From Utricularia gibba (taxonomy: Eukaryota > Plantae > Magnoliophyta), in NCBI GenBank assembly GCA_002189035.1, contig CM007990.1, positions 558,001 to 622,000 of the forward strand: DNA of 64,000 nt. Reading direction: 5' to 3'. The notes below the pieces were generated by a model that saw only the letters and a program-made list of their open reading frames with translations, searched no databases and had not been told where the DNA came from. This document shows positions 12,800-24,684 of this stretch, in pieces. The position numbers were made by a program, and so were the translations under genes. Every line of letters starts with the position of its first letter. Position 1 is the stretch's first letter.

Positions 12800-15062
12800 A
12801 TGGCTTGCTCTGCGGCATCAGGCGTGCAGATCTCAACAGCAACTCCTTCTCTTCTCATTTCCTCGAAGAAATTCGTTGGAGATGTTGCAAAAATTGGTTT
12901 CAAATCCTTGGGAAGCTCATGGACCAGAATATCCTGCTCCGGCAGTATATCACCCATGCAGAAATCTCACCGAACTTTTTCATCCTCTAATAAAAATTAC
13001 TGTTCATTAACCACCAAGGCAATTTCCCAAACTGCTGAAGGCAGGACTGCACCTGGCTTGACTCTCGATTTGACAGGTTTGGATGCTTAGTTCTTGTTTT
13101 CTTTATTGAGTTTTAGCTTTTTCCCAGTATCATGTAGCCACCAAACTTTCTGCACCTATACGTGTGATGCGTATAGTAAAACTGAATATGGGAATTTTAG
13201 CAAGGTTCTGTACTGCATAAATGGCGTAGTGATTCTTCTAATGATTCATATTGCTATAGAAAAATGTAGTGTTTAATTTTTTTTCCTAGATAACCGAAAC
13301 CCAATCAAAATTTGGAATTATGTGATTTGCAGGAGTTTTTTCATGATGCTATATTGAAATGCTTTGCATAGGTAAAAGGGCATTTGTTGCTGGTGTGGCT
13401 GATGACAATGGATATGGTTGGGCTATCGCCAAGTCTTTGGCTGCAGCAGGAGCAGAAATTCTACTCGGGACCTGGGTCCCTGTAAGCAAAATAGCTTAAC
13501 TGCTCATCTATTACACTTTTTATTCATTGAATTCAAGCTGAGCATATTGTTTAATTTACTCTGTAGGCATTGAACATCTTTGAAACTAGTCTTCGCCGGG
13601 GAAAGTTTGATGACTCTCGCTTGTAGGCCTTTTGGCTTTTTCTTTGTTGGTTTTGTAATGCCAACTACTCCATATGGCTAAGACATATATTTGATTTTCA
13701 GGCTTCCCGATGGTTCTTTAATGCAGATTGCAAAAGTGTATGCCCTTGATGCAGTTTTTGACAACCCGAATGATGTTCCTGAAGATGTAGATTACACCGC
13801 AATCACTTCTCTATATAGTGTCATATCATCTGATGCTCATGCTTTTGCTGGCTGATAATTTACTAATGGATCTCATGCAGGTAAAGTCAAACAAGAGATA
13901 CGCTGGATCCAGCAATTGGACAGTGAGTGAAGTTGCAGAATTGGTAAAACAGGATTTTGGGAGCATTGACATTCTAGTTCATTCACTTGCCAATGGACCA
14001 GAGGTAGATGACCTCAACAGATTTATACTGTCTATTTCACTCACAACCCCCCAAACCTATTGAAAAAACTATCTGTTTGCAGGTTACCAAGCCATTGCTA
14101 GAAACCTCAAGAAATGGATATCTCGCTGCTTTGTCGGCATCAAGTTATTCTTATGTATCCTTACTAAAGCACTTTCTTCCAGTTATAAATCCAGGTATGC
14201 CTTGACCAAGTATCTTCTTTGTGTGTTTCATGTCTCATGAGTCAAAACATTTTAAAATGGAATATGAAGAAAACCGTTTTCATTTCAGGTGGCTCCTCCA
14301 TATCCTTGTCGTATATTGCTTCTGAGAGAATTATACCAGGGTATTGCCCACATAAACATTTCTTCCTTTGTACGACCTGTTGTTGTTAGTTCCTCATGGC
14401 TTCGGCATTCTGTACTTGTCAAACAGATACGGCGGTGGCATGAGCTCTGCAAAAGCAGCCTTAGAGAGTGATACGAGGGTAATTTTCAGATGATATTTTA
14501 TGTTTCCTTGAAGGATTCTACAATGTCAATCCCAGGTAAACATTTCCAGATTTGTGTAGGTTCTTGCATTTGAGGCTGGAAGGAAAAAGAAAGTCAGGGT
14601 GAACGCCATATCTGCAGGTAATTTCTTGCATTCCAAAGCTTAGCATGTACACACTCCAATGTGATGATCATCAGAGTTCCAAGTTTTCAATTTTGATTCC
14701 AAGACTACGTTTTGTATACTGACATCAAGCTTGAAAGTTCAGGCCCTTTGAGAAGCCGTGCTGCTAAAGCCATTGGATTCATCGACATGATGATCGACTA
14801 CTCCCTTACGAATGCTCCTCTCCAGAAAGAACTGTCAGCAGGTGACTCGTTTATGCCCAGTTCACTTTTCCTGCTCCTCTACTAAACAATGATACCTGCA
14901 AATTGCGCAGAGGAAATCGGAAACACGGCTGCTTTCTTGGCATCACCACTTGCATCGGCCATCACCGGTGCGGTCATATATGTCGACAATGGTTTGAACG
15001 CGATGGGGGTCGGAGTCGATTCCCCAATATTTGAGAAACTTGACATTCCCAAAGCCAGCTGA
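12800..15062 (+). CDS. ENR1: Enoyl-[acyl-carrier-protein] reductase (NADH), plastid (FabI/MOD1)
   Basis: Transit-peptide-like N-terminus, then [80 protein letters not shown] and [19 protein letters not shown] at 15060-15062. Confidence 0.96.
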
Positions 15063-15475
15063 TGGAATGGAATCGTCGCGATGGTGACTTGTAGAGGTTT
15101 TCCCGGCCACTTGGCCGGCGGCTTCCCCAGTTTTCCCAAGGATCTATCTGCATGTCTTGCGATTTCTCTATGATTTTATCTTCCAACTGCATCTGCTTAG
15201 TCGCCATTTTCTTTCGAGTTCTCTGCTCAAATAACCTTCCCAGATTTCGAATTCCAAAGACTCAGATACCCATTGGCACCATATTCCCGAAAGGGACAAG
15301 TAAGTAGCCGAGAAACGTTCTTTTGAGCCACTTGTTTCAGATGGATGAAGATTCAGCTTCTCTTTGTGGAGAGCCTTGTGCGCAGAGCATCCCATTCTCC
15401 AATCTCCACTCTCCCAAGTCCCTGTCTCTATATATATGATCTTCTTCCTCTTTCGTTTGGTGCACAGGCCGCGAC

Positions 15476-15567
15476 GTGGTTGTTGGTGGTGCAATGGGGG
15501 ACGCCGAGACACGGCGTCGACTCGCCCATGTCCCTCCCGGCGTCGTCATTGCACCACTCACACCCAT
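15476..15567 (+). ncRNA. Candidate miRNA-like hairpin (strand uncertain), no family recognised
   Basis: TGGTGCAATG (15487-96) pairs with CATTGCACCA (15547-56) and GACGCCG (15500-06) with CGGCGTC (15538-44); the outer stem continues with G-U pairs and two mismatches. A TATA-like tract lies at about 15428-15437. Confidence 0.35.
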
Positions 15568-17131
15568 AGTTGCTTCCCATAATTTTCCACTTTCCGATCA
15601 ATTTCTTGAGTTGGTTCCTCTCCTGTAGGTATTTTCAGTAAATCACGCACGAGGATGGTGCATCAGAACATTGAATAGTTCCCCAATTGGGTATTTTTTC
15701 CTCTTCCATAGGTTAATTGCTTCTGTGCATGTAACTCATCTGCTTCTCTTGCGAACTAATCGTAAAGGTCTAATCTTGATCCTTTTATGGCGTATATTCG
15801 TTGTCGGATGGAGTTTCACTAGGAGGAAGATAAGCCATTCCCATTCCGGTAGTCGTCTGAGTGGTTGAACCATCCAAGCCTACAGTTTTGACGGACTGAA
15901 ATGAACGGAGTTGCATTCTCCCGTCGCAGGTACGCAAACCCCCACGGTGCCTGCCACCTCCACACACGTACACAGTTGACAGCGTTTCAAATAATGCCGT
16001 ATGCACACTAGACTAGAGATATGCTTTCATACAGAGCACCTTCTAAAACCCAATCACCAATTTATTTCTCTTGACGATCTCTGAAAATCTTCTGTTCCTA
16101 TCCATTCAAGTCTGTGGGTCTGTATTGGGTGCTCCGTCACTTCTTTCATCTACTTCTTCTACCCTTCACGCCTCACCCTGCTCTTGATCTTCTTGTATTG
16201 TTCCCATTATTCTCTTTATCTGGGTTTCTGTCCCTAGATCTTAATCTAATTGTTCATTGATGGTTGTTTGCTTTTTTCTCAACAGACGATTTTGCAGGTC
16301 TGCGGATGGTTGGAAGCATTGGAATTGGTGACTTTCTTCCGATGGTGGGGCTGGTGAGTAACAAATCTGGTTCCTTTATGATTCCTTAGGCTCTCTGGTT
16401 CCTGGATCTTCCTTTGATTAGTTCTACAAGGGACCTTGTGAGATTCCTTGTTCTTGATTTGCATGTGTGTGCTGCTGACAATCATAATTGACTTACCACG
16501 GTGAGTTTGCCAGAACCCAACTCCTCGTGTTAGCAATACCGTATTAGAATATAGATTTGGGTCTGTAACTGCTTGCATGGGTAGGTCAGCAAAGAATTCT
16601 CCTTGTTGGAGGTTCTAGACTTGGGACACTCCCAGGAAACTGGTAAACATATGCCTTCTAATGATTAGTTTGAGGTGGGTTCCTCTCGCATTCCATGTGA
16701 TGTGAGGGAAGAGGTACAAAAGATTAAACTTTTGTGGATTTATCTGCTGGTGTTGACTGTAGTTGTTTCAAGAAGTTGCTAATGCCTAGCCCTTCTTCTG
16801 AGAATTCCCATTTCTATTGGGTAGAACATCAGGCGCTGGTCACCAAATGAAAACTTTTCCTCCCTTGCATATGTTATCATTCAGGAATGCAGTGCATGAA
16901 TATCTTCCATTGAAACAGGCATCAACCCTGATGTTGGAGAACAAAGTGAAGCTCTGGTAGTAACTTGTTCTGCACCGAGGAAGTAGAAGATCCCAAAATT
17001 GAACTTTCTAGCCATCTTCTAAGTTGCCTTTGAGAAGGGTTTTGGTACTTCGTGTCAATCTGGAACAGAGAAGTTTGAATCAGTTTAGTGTGTGAAATCT
17101 CTCTCAGTCCAGAGTCCAGCCTAAGAGCACA

Positions 17132-17536
17132 ATGGGAAGAGGTAAAGCCAGGGGAAGGAAGCTGGCGAGGACGAGTGGCGATCATGGGAGCAGCGAAGAA
17201 GAAAGGATGCCTGCACGAAAGAGACGAGGAAGGCCACAGAAGTCGTTCAGGGAGGAAATGGAGGAGGATGAGATTCTGAAGATTGAAGAAGACGAGAATG
17301 GTGAGGAGATATCAGTCCTGCAAGTCAGAGACGCCAGTCACAAGGCCAGGGCAGCAAATGAAAAGGCAAAGAATGAGGAGAAAGCTGAAGGGAATGGGGA
17401 AGAGAATGAGAATGGCGTTGGACTCAAATCAGGCACCGAGGAGGAGTTGGGTAAGGGCAGTGGTTTCCGACAGAGCAGCGGCAGGCGAAAGAGCAAACCT
17501 CGCCGTGCCGCCGAGGCAGTCGTTGAGTGCAACTGA
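17132..17536 (+). CDS. Small basic/acidic AT-hook-containing protein of unknown function (134 aa)
   Basis: Single exon: MGRGKARGRK..., RKRRGRPQK (AT-hook core RGRP), acidic middle, C-terminal GFRQSSGRRKSKPRRAAEAVVEC, which I recall as a conserved motif in an uncharacterised plant family. Confidence 0.8.
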   Translation: MGRGKARGRKLARTSGDHGSSEEERMPARKRRGRPQKSFREEMEEDEILKIEEDENGEEISVLQVRDASHKARAANEKAKNEEKAEGNGEENENGVGLKSGTEEELGKGSGFRQSSGRRKSKPRRAAEAVVECN

Positions 17537-17762
17537 AGCAGTCAAGACGAGAGTACAAGCATGAGACTATTACCACCTTCCATTTTTCTTCTCCTGTGTG
17601 TTCAGAACCTGATTCGTATCGAATTTCTTTGATGATTTTGCATTTTGCTAAGCCTTCAGTCTTCAGGCATTGCTGCTTTTACTTCAGAAGCTTTAAAAAC
17701 AAGAGGGCAAGGAGAACAACACAAGAGAAACCACCATTGATATGATCTGATCCTACCGAGCA

Positions 17763-19460
17763 TCACGCCACCGTATCCTGATCGACGTCCGATGCAGGAT
17801 CATCCTCCTCGTTATCAGACTGGATCCGGGCGGCGAAGTGGCGAGCACCAAACGCCTTAACATGATCCTTGAGCGACCGCTTATGCTTGAAGTCGGAGCC
17901 ACAGGAGCAGTACCAGAGCTTGCCGCAGTTCTTCTCATGCGTCCTCCAATCCCCCCGGACCGCGAAGGCCTTGCCGCATTTCCGGCACCCGAACGGCTTG
18001 ATCCCGTGCTTCCGCTTGTAGTGCGTCTGCAGGGTCCTGAAGTCCTTGAGCGGCTTCGATCGCGGGTGGTCGATGTTGTTCCGGCAACCCTCGGCGCAGC
18101 AGTAGCACGGCAGCCGCAGCATCGCCGTCGGCTGGGCTCCCCGGAGCGACTCCGGCCCCCTCCTGTACTGCGACCCGTGTCCCCACATGTGCATCTGCGT
18201 CGACAATGGAAGCAACCAAGTAACATACAACAAACTGCATGATCGCAAGCACGACAGCACTGTACGGTATCCGTACTCCTCATTACAAAACAAATTAATT
18301 TGCAACTCCATCTAGGGCTCCAAACCCCTTCCAAGCCACGTGTCCCCCTTCTAGTGGCCAGACCACCATTTTAAACGTGCTCAATTTTTTTAATTATTCC
18401 ATTATACCCTCCCGGACCACACCAGATCCTATCCTCGGATACTACAAGATATTAATATTCAGACAATATTTCCAAAAAATAAATTTTGGTAATAAAAAAA
18501 ATCCTATAAAAGGTGAACTAAGGAATAACATTACACTGCTACAACGTAGCCTACCCTATGGCACCACTAGGGGCATTTTCACCTAATTATAAATTAAAAG
18601 GAATTAGATAATTAATTTAAATGTATTATTGTACTAAAGAAAAATATAATAAGCAATTTAAAGAAAATTATATCATGGCTTATATTTATTAAAAACAAAC
18701 TTTTAATTTATAAAATTAAAATACTATTAAACCTACTTAAAAAGGAACTATCAACTACCTTCAAAATTCAAAATTTTGGAAACTTGAAGATGTTATTTAA
18801 AATTTGCAACTCTTAGGTTGAAATACGAGATTCGATGGATCGAAAAATACATAAATTTCAATGAAAAACATAAACTTATGAGGGTCTGTATCTTAACATA
18901 TGTAATGCATGTGTTACAGAAGAGTGAAATGAGAAATTTTAATAAAAAAACATGTTTTGGAATGTTATTTATAAAAAAAAAAAAAAGCGAGCATGTATTG
19001 TTTCTTTTTAAAAATATTAATATTTAAAATAATGATTAACTCGAACGTGATGTGAAGAAGGTGACCTGCATGTTGTTGTATCGGTTGAAGGTTTTGAAGC
19101 AGAGCGGGCATGAGAAGTGATTGGGGCCGATGAGGATCTGACCGGGCGTCGGGATCCAATACTGCCCTCTGTTGAGGGGCTGTAAAGGGACACTTCCCCG
19201 CCGCCGTTGCAGCTCCTCAAACCCGGGGACAGGGAAGCAGTAGTTGCAGAAGAGGAGGAAGAAGAAGACGAGTCGCCGCCCAGCGCAGGGGAAGGAGTTG
19301 AAAGCCCTAACTCCAGGTTCAACTCCTCTTCACTCTCCTGGACGCTGGGGCTGGGCCTGAGGAGGCTGAGGGCCACCTCCTCCCTCCTCGTCTTCTCCCA
19401 TTCGGCCGCAAACGCCTTGCAGTCGCTTAGCCAGCCATGTTGCTGATGGTGATGATCCAT
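17763..19460 (-). CDS. WIP: WIP-family C2H2 zinc-finger transcription factor (TT1/NTT-like); 1-nt frameshift in exon 1 as sequenced
   Basis: [34 protein letters not shown]|[19 protein letters not shown]...[18 protein letters not shown]...[31 protein letters not shown]. The N-terminal frame (MDHHH...LNLELGL) is one base out of phase with the WIP frame. Confidence 0.88.
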
Positions 19461-19860
19461 CGCAGCAGCTCAGCTCCCTGACAATGGGGGGGAATGAAGA
19501 AGGGCTGTTTAAAAGAACCAGGGGAAAAGGAGAGGGAACAGACGAGTAATTGAGCATACCAGCAGGAGAAGTAGAGGGCGATATAGGGTCTAACTAGAAG
19601 TAGACACATAACAAAGGCTACAGAAGAGAAGAATATGCAGCAGGTAAATGCGCACATCACTTCCAGTGCCTGAACACATGCCAAAAGATGAGTCTTTTTA
19701 ACCAATTTACTTTCACCTTCCATAGAGGGACTCCATGGGGTTTCCCAAGTGCCTCCTTGTGTGTATGATCCTTATTTGTTCATGTCTTGTTAGTAGAAGA
19801 ATCAGCAACACAGACAAAATTCATCCAACTCCCACCATGGAACGATTGAAAGATGGTAAG

Positions 19861-19923
19861 TTCTTTCTAACATGTCAAAATACCGACAAAAGGGTCGGTG
19901 GTTAACTTCTTTCTAACATGTCA
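19861..19923. repeat. 17-nt direct repeat flanking an inverted ACCGAC/GTCGGT pair, upstream of WIP
   Basis: ttctttctaacatgtca at 19861-19877 and 19907-19923, with accgac-aaaagg-gtcggt between them. Confidence 0.85.
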
Positions 19924-20551
19924 CAAGGACACAAAAAGTGCAGGCAAAGGTGAACATGGCTTCATCCGCCTGAAACATTAATATGCAAGAGATGCATGTA
20001 TAGCTAACTCATCACCAAAGAACAAGCATATGATATGGTTTCAAGTGGCCGGAATGAATGATTGGGAGCACCGGAATCGTCGTTTTAGCATCGAGTTTGG
20101 AAAAGGGATGCATATGGCACAGAGGAGTCTGATTCACATATTGGGAGATGAAAATGTACATCCTCAGGAGCAAGGCCCTGTTGGATTGAGAAGTGGTCCT
20201 GGCTATGCCAATTATTCTCGTGTTTTGGCTTAGCCCCAACAGCCATAACAACTCAAAAAGGCACAATCAATTCATCCCACAAATACTAAATAAAACCCAT
20301 GGTTCTGATGTTACCTTAACTCCTAGGAGCCTTCTTAGTCATGAGCCTACGGCTCGTGGTCCTTCCTTCCTTGCTTCAGCCGATCATCCACTTATTCTTC
20401 TTCTTCATCCTTTTGGAAATCGACAGAAGTCATCTGGATTTTTCTAAAAATATGAAATCAGCCCCAATCCATAGACATGATAAACTATAACGTTAGTCAT
20501 GAACCTGAGCTTCCCCAGGAGTATTTATTTGGTTCTGCCATGTTCTGTATA

Positions 20552-23500
20552 CTAGTTCCGTAGCCCAATCCCAAAGTGAAATCTACCAACTCTCTGGTCG
20601 TTGAATGCGTACTCAAGTCTTAGGGGGCCCAATGGAGATCCCACACGGATGCCGAGGCCGTACCCATATCCACTCCCTGGTTTGTTCCTTGCTCCAGCAG
20701 GATCACCTTGTCAAAACAGATGCTTTCAAATGAAATGATGCTCTACTCAGTTGTATTCAGTGGGAGGTAATTGTCATATTGGATCATGAAGTCCTCAGCG
20801 AGAGGCAAACCTGGAACCGTTGAGCCTGACTCGAGATCGGTTCCGTAGTCTGCGAATACAGCTCCTTCTACTGCTCCAATCTGAACCCAATAGTGAATCA
20901 TATTATGTGAAGTCACATGAAAAAATGTGAGGCAGAGAGGACTACTTACCAGAGGGAACGACATTTCTCCACTTCCAACTACGTAAGAGCGGCCTGATCC
21001 AACTCCAGCTTCTTCATAGCCCCTCACACTGTTAGTTCCACCTATTGGGAAAGCTTCATGTGGTGGAAATTTGCCAGTGACATGGCCACCGGATAGGCTT
21101 GAACAGAAAAAGGGAACACAGGTGACAGAGATGCAGAGCCGGCTGACCAACTTAAAATACAACTTACCATAAATGAAAGCATGCAGGTCCAACAACAAAG
21201 CCATGCCTTGCCCGAGCATTAATTCTGTTGAAACGCAGCCATCCTGGAAATAAGGGAATGCCTTGATCCATGTTGAAAACAAACTGCAATTTTCCAAATG
21301 TAAGATCACAGAATAATAAGTTTGAAAGTTCACGAAAAAAGATGAAAGTGAATATGAATGCCACCAACCATAGAGGAGCCCTGGTCAATGGAGGACGTGA
21401 ACACAGTCTCGAGTTTAGCAAGCAGCATATCATCAAAAGAGTTACCACTGCAAGAAAAAAAAGGTGGGTATAAATGATATGGTCATAGTGTTGGTGACTG
21501 TAGAACATACAACTGAAATTTAGAATACACCTTGCTGTAAGAGGGCTGCCAAAGAAATCCCTAATGATAGGATTTCCCTTATCATCTTGTGCAGCTGCGC
21601 GCTGGAACAAATAACAAAATTGATTAAGGGCGACCAGTGATCTCATTTGCAAACCTGTGGCATCTATCTTATTGCATAATCAGAAATATCAATACTTTCC
21701 ATTCCCATGGCCGGCCCTATCACATAACAATGAACAGGCACGAAGTGCATCCACTTCATAGTTCAAACTAATTTCAAGCATACTTACATTTAGCAACTTC
21801 ATATTTTACAGAAATACAAAAACAAAGATGAAGGTGATTTTAGTTCCTGAATCACCTGGAAAACAAGCCCGATTGTACCATTCCACTTTGGCCTGAGTGG
21901 CCTACTGAAGTCAATACCGGACATGATCCTTCCAATTGTAAGACTGCTGGAACTAGGCTGGTTCCCATGAACAAGTGTACCAGGGGTTCTTGAATTCTAG
22001 AAGATTTCTGGAATCAGAATGTTGTATATGATAGTAATATCTAGTTACATGACAGATAGCAGGCACCTGAATCATGAAGGTCCTAGAAGTCCGCTTATCA
22101 TCACCTTGGATCCAAGGATCAGTGTAATTCATCCGAAAGATGGAATCAATTTGGCCCCTCTCCAGTGATAGGTTCAGTTTTTGATTTCGTCCAAAAAGGT
22201 TTTTATGATAAATAGCAATGCTGCCACGAAAGAGAAAGACAAGTAACTGAATGTCATTCATTAACCAACGATGGACACTACAAAATCTTAATCAATCAAG
22301 CAGAACGATTTGAAACTTTAGTGAAGATTTGCAAGGTAAAGAAGTACCTCCCAATCAATCCAGCTAGAGGGCCGCTAGTTATTCTGCCATGAGAATGCAA
22401 AGAGTTACAAAATACAGCTTCTACTACAGACAAGTCACTAATAAACAAATTTCTAATGTTACCAAATAAAATCAGATTTACATTTCACGCACCCACTTGA
22501 TATTCCACCACCCCCAGAAATTCCTCCACCACTCTTGCGCTCAACAAGATTCATTGTCAGGTCGACTTTTGTACCATCTGAACCATTTGCAGAAAATGAA
22601 ATAAACGAAAGATGAACTTCACACCATCTTCCATTCAGTAATTAACGGAAGACTTAAAAACAATTTACCACCAGCTGGCTGAGGAATAATACTAACATCA
22701 TCCATAATGCCCATTGCGAGGACAGTATCAACATCTCTTTTCCCCTGAATCATACTGTAGACCTACCATCATGAGAAAAAAAAATGAAGCAGTTGCAGAG
22801 AAAAAGAGTTGGCAGACATAAGAAAACCTGTCAGCTGTTACCTGGCCCTTCTTTGTTGTAAGCTGCCGGAGAATAGTTTCTGGTCTAGTTTTCCCAACTG
22901 TAGGTTCCCCACTTCATAGCACCATGAATTGAAATGTGAGAGCTTAAAACTTAAATCATCCCAATATAACAAGTAGATAACATACGTCTTGTCAAGAAAA
23001 CGAAGTGATATGTTATTAACTTCCGCTTCTGAGACTTGCAATTTGACAATACCTCCGGAGAGAATCTCTGCGCCCGAAACCTGTTAGATATGCAACAACT
23101 TCCATTGAAAATACGGAAAAAAGTGTATTTAAACTACATTTAGAAACCAACCATGCCAAATAGTCCCCTATCCATGTACCAACCATTAATGGAGCTTATT
23201 ACATCATCTAAACGCTTGATGTTAACCACTTTTCCTGCATCAGATTCACACGGCAAGGCTCAGTTATATGGTATGAATTATTGCACCCCGTCAAGAGTAG
23301 GAATATGCGATACTCCACAGCACTAGAAGTAGAGAAAGCAAACCATATCCATCACGAAATGAATCCTCAATAAACTTCATTGGAAGAACATTAGCCCCTT
23401 CACATACTAAGCCTCGAAACTCTTGGTTCGGCTCTACCTTGTGACAGACAATAAATCAGGAAAAGTGTAATCTTTTTTCTTCAGATGAGGGAAAAAGTCA

Positions 23501-24293
23501 TGATAAAACAGAGTGTAACTAATAAAGATACGTATCAACTCACGTCGATGATGAAAATAAGCAAACCAGAATCAACAGGTTAAATTGGCATTCCTACATT
23601 TTCTTTAGAAAAAGCGTAAGTCTTGTAGCTAGCATGATCAAACCCTAATACCTGAAATACCAATTGAATTCCATCACGGGTGTCAACGGCAACTGGCATA
23701 CAAGACATGAAGTACCCACTGGCGATAATCCTACGCACATCTTCCTGGACCTCTTTCACCGTCAGCGCCGAGTTTGCCCGCGAAACTTTCAAAGCATTCA
23801 ATGCCTCAGACAACAATTCCTTGCTCTCAAGCTCCTCCCCATCCTTGTTCCTCACCAGCACCTCGCTTATCAATACCCTCTCTTCCTCCGCTCCCCGGCT
23901 TCTACCCACGTTCTTCGGCTGGGTGACTACACCGTAATCATCACCGTTATTATGAACCGTCGAGCCTCCAAAGTCACTACCTTTGTTGGCTTGCGCTGGT
24001 TCCGAATCCAAAAACGATAAGGAAGCAGAGCAAAATAGCGGCTGATTTTTCAAAAAGCCGTGAAACCGAAAACCCGAATCATTCTTCATGCGATGGAAGA
24101 ATGTATGGTTCCCAAACCACGAGAAGAAATTCGTGGAATGTTGGAAGAAGTCAAAATTGAACTTGGCGCTGCGTTTCCCATTCATGAATCCGAGCGGTGA
24201 CACAAACGACTTGGAACGGCGATTCGGATGTGGCGTAAAATCAGGAAGCTTGAACGATGACGAAACATACTGAACGCCGTCGTCTTGCGGCAT
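20552..24293 (-). CDS. OEP80: Outer envelope protein 80, chloroplast Omp85/BamA family (TOC75-V)
   Basis: [20 protein letters not shown] (POTRA), [30 protein letters not shown] (Omp85 L6 motif), [17 protein letters not shown] and a C-terminus ending FHFGIGLRN. 16 exons traced in frame. Confidence 0.96.
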
Positions 24294-24684
24294 TTTTCAC
24301 CGGAGAAAATCTTTTCCGGCTGAGGTTTCACCGGCACCAACTCTCAAGGGCAGGACAGAACAAATACTCATTGGGCCATCTTCGGTTATCGAGTTCCCTC
24401 TAGGCTCTATCAGCTGCACTGGCCCAAATTAAAAACAGTTTTCTATTCATTTTTATTTTTAAATATATAAATATATTTAATTAGATTATTAAGTTGAATA
24501 AATATTTATGTATACATTTTTTAGATTTATTATCTCATAAATAAGAAAATTGATGGAATATTTAATATATTATATAATATATTTTTATTCAAAAAACTAT
24601 CTTGATTTTTCAAAATTAAAAGATATTGCGTTTATTGGATAATAAATGTAATTTAAAAAAGGTGAATAAAAAGGAGTGATTTTT

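Noticed and set aside
16679-16711. Small hairpin ttcctctcgcat...atgtgagggaa
   Set aside because: About 11 bp with a wobble and a bulge; too short for a pre-miRNA and expected by chance.
20012-20450. Several 60-85 aa ORFs and splice-like signals between WIP and OEP80
   Set aside because: No frame combines a start, a splice and a stop into a recognisable protein; likely OEP80 3' UTR or WIP promoter.
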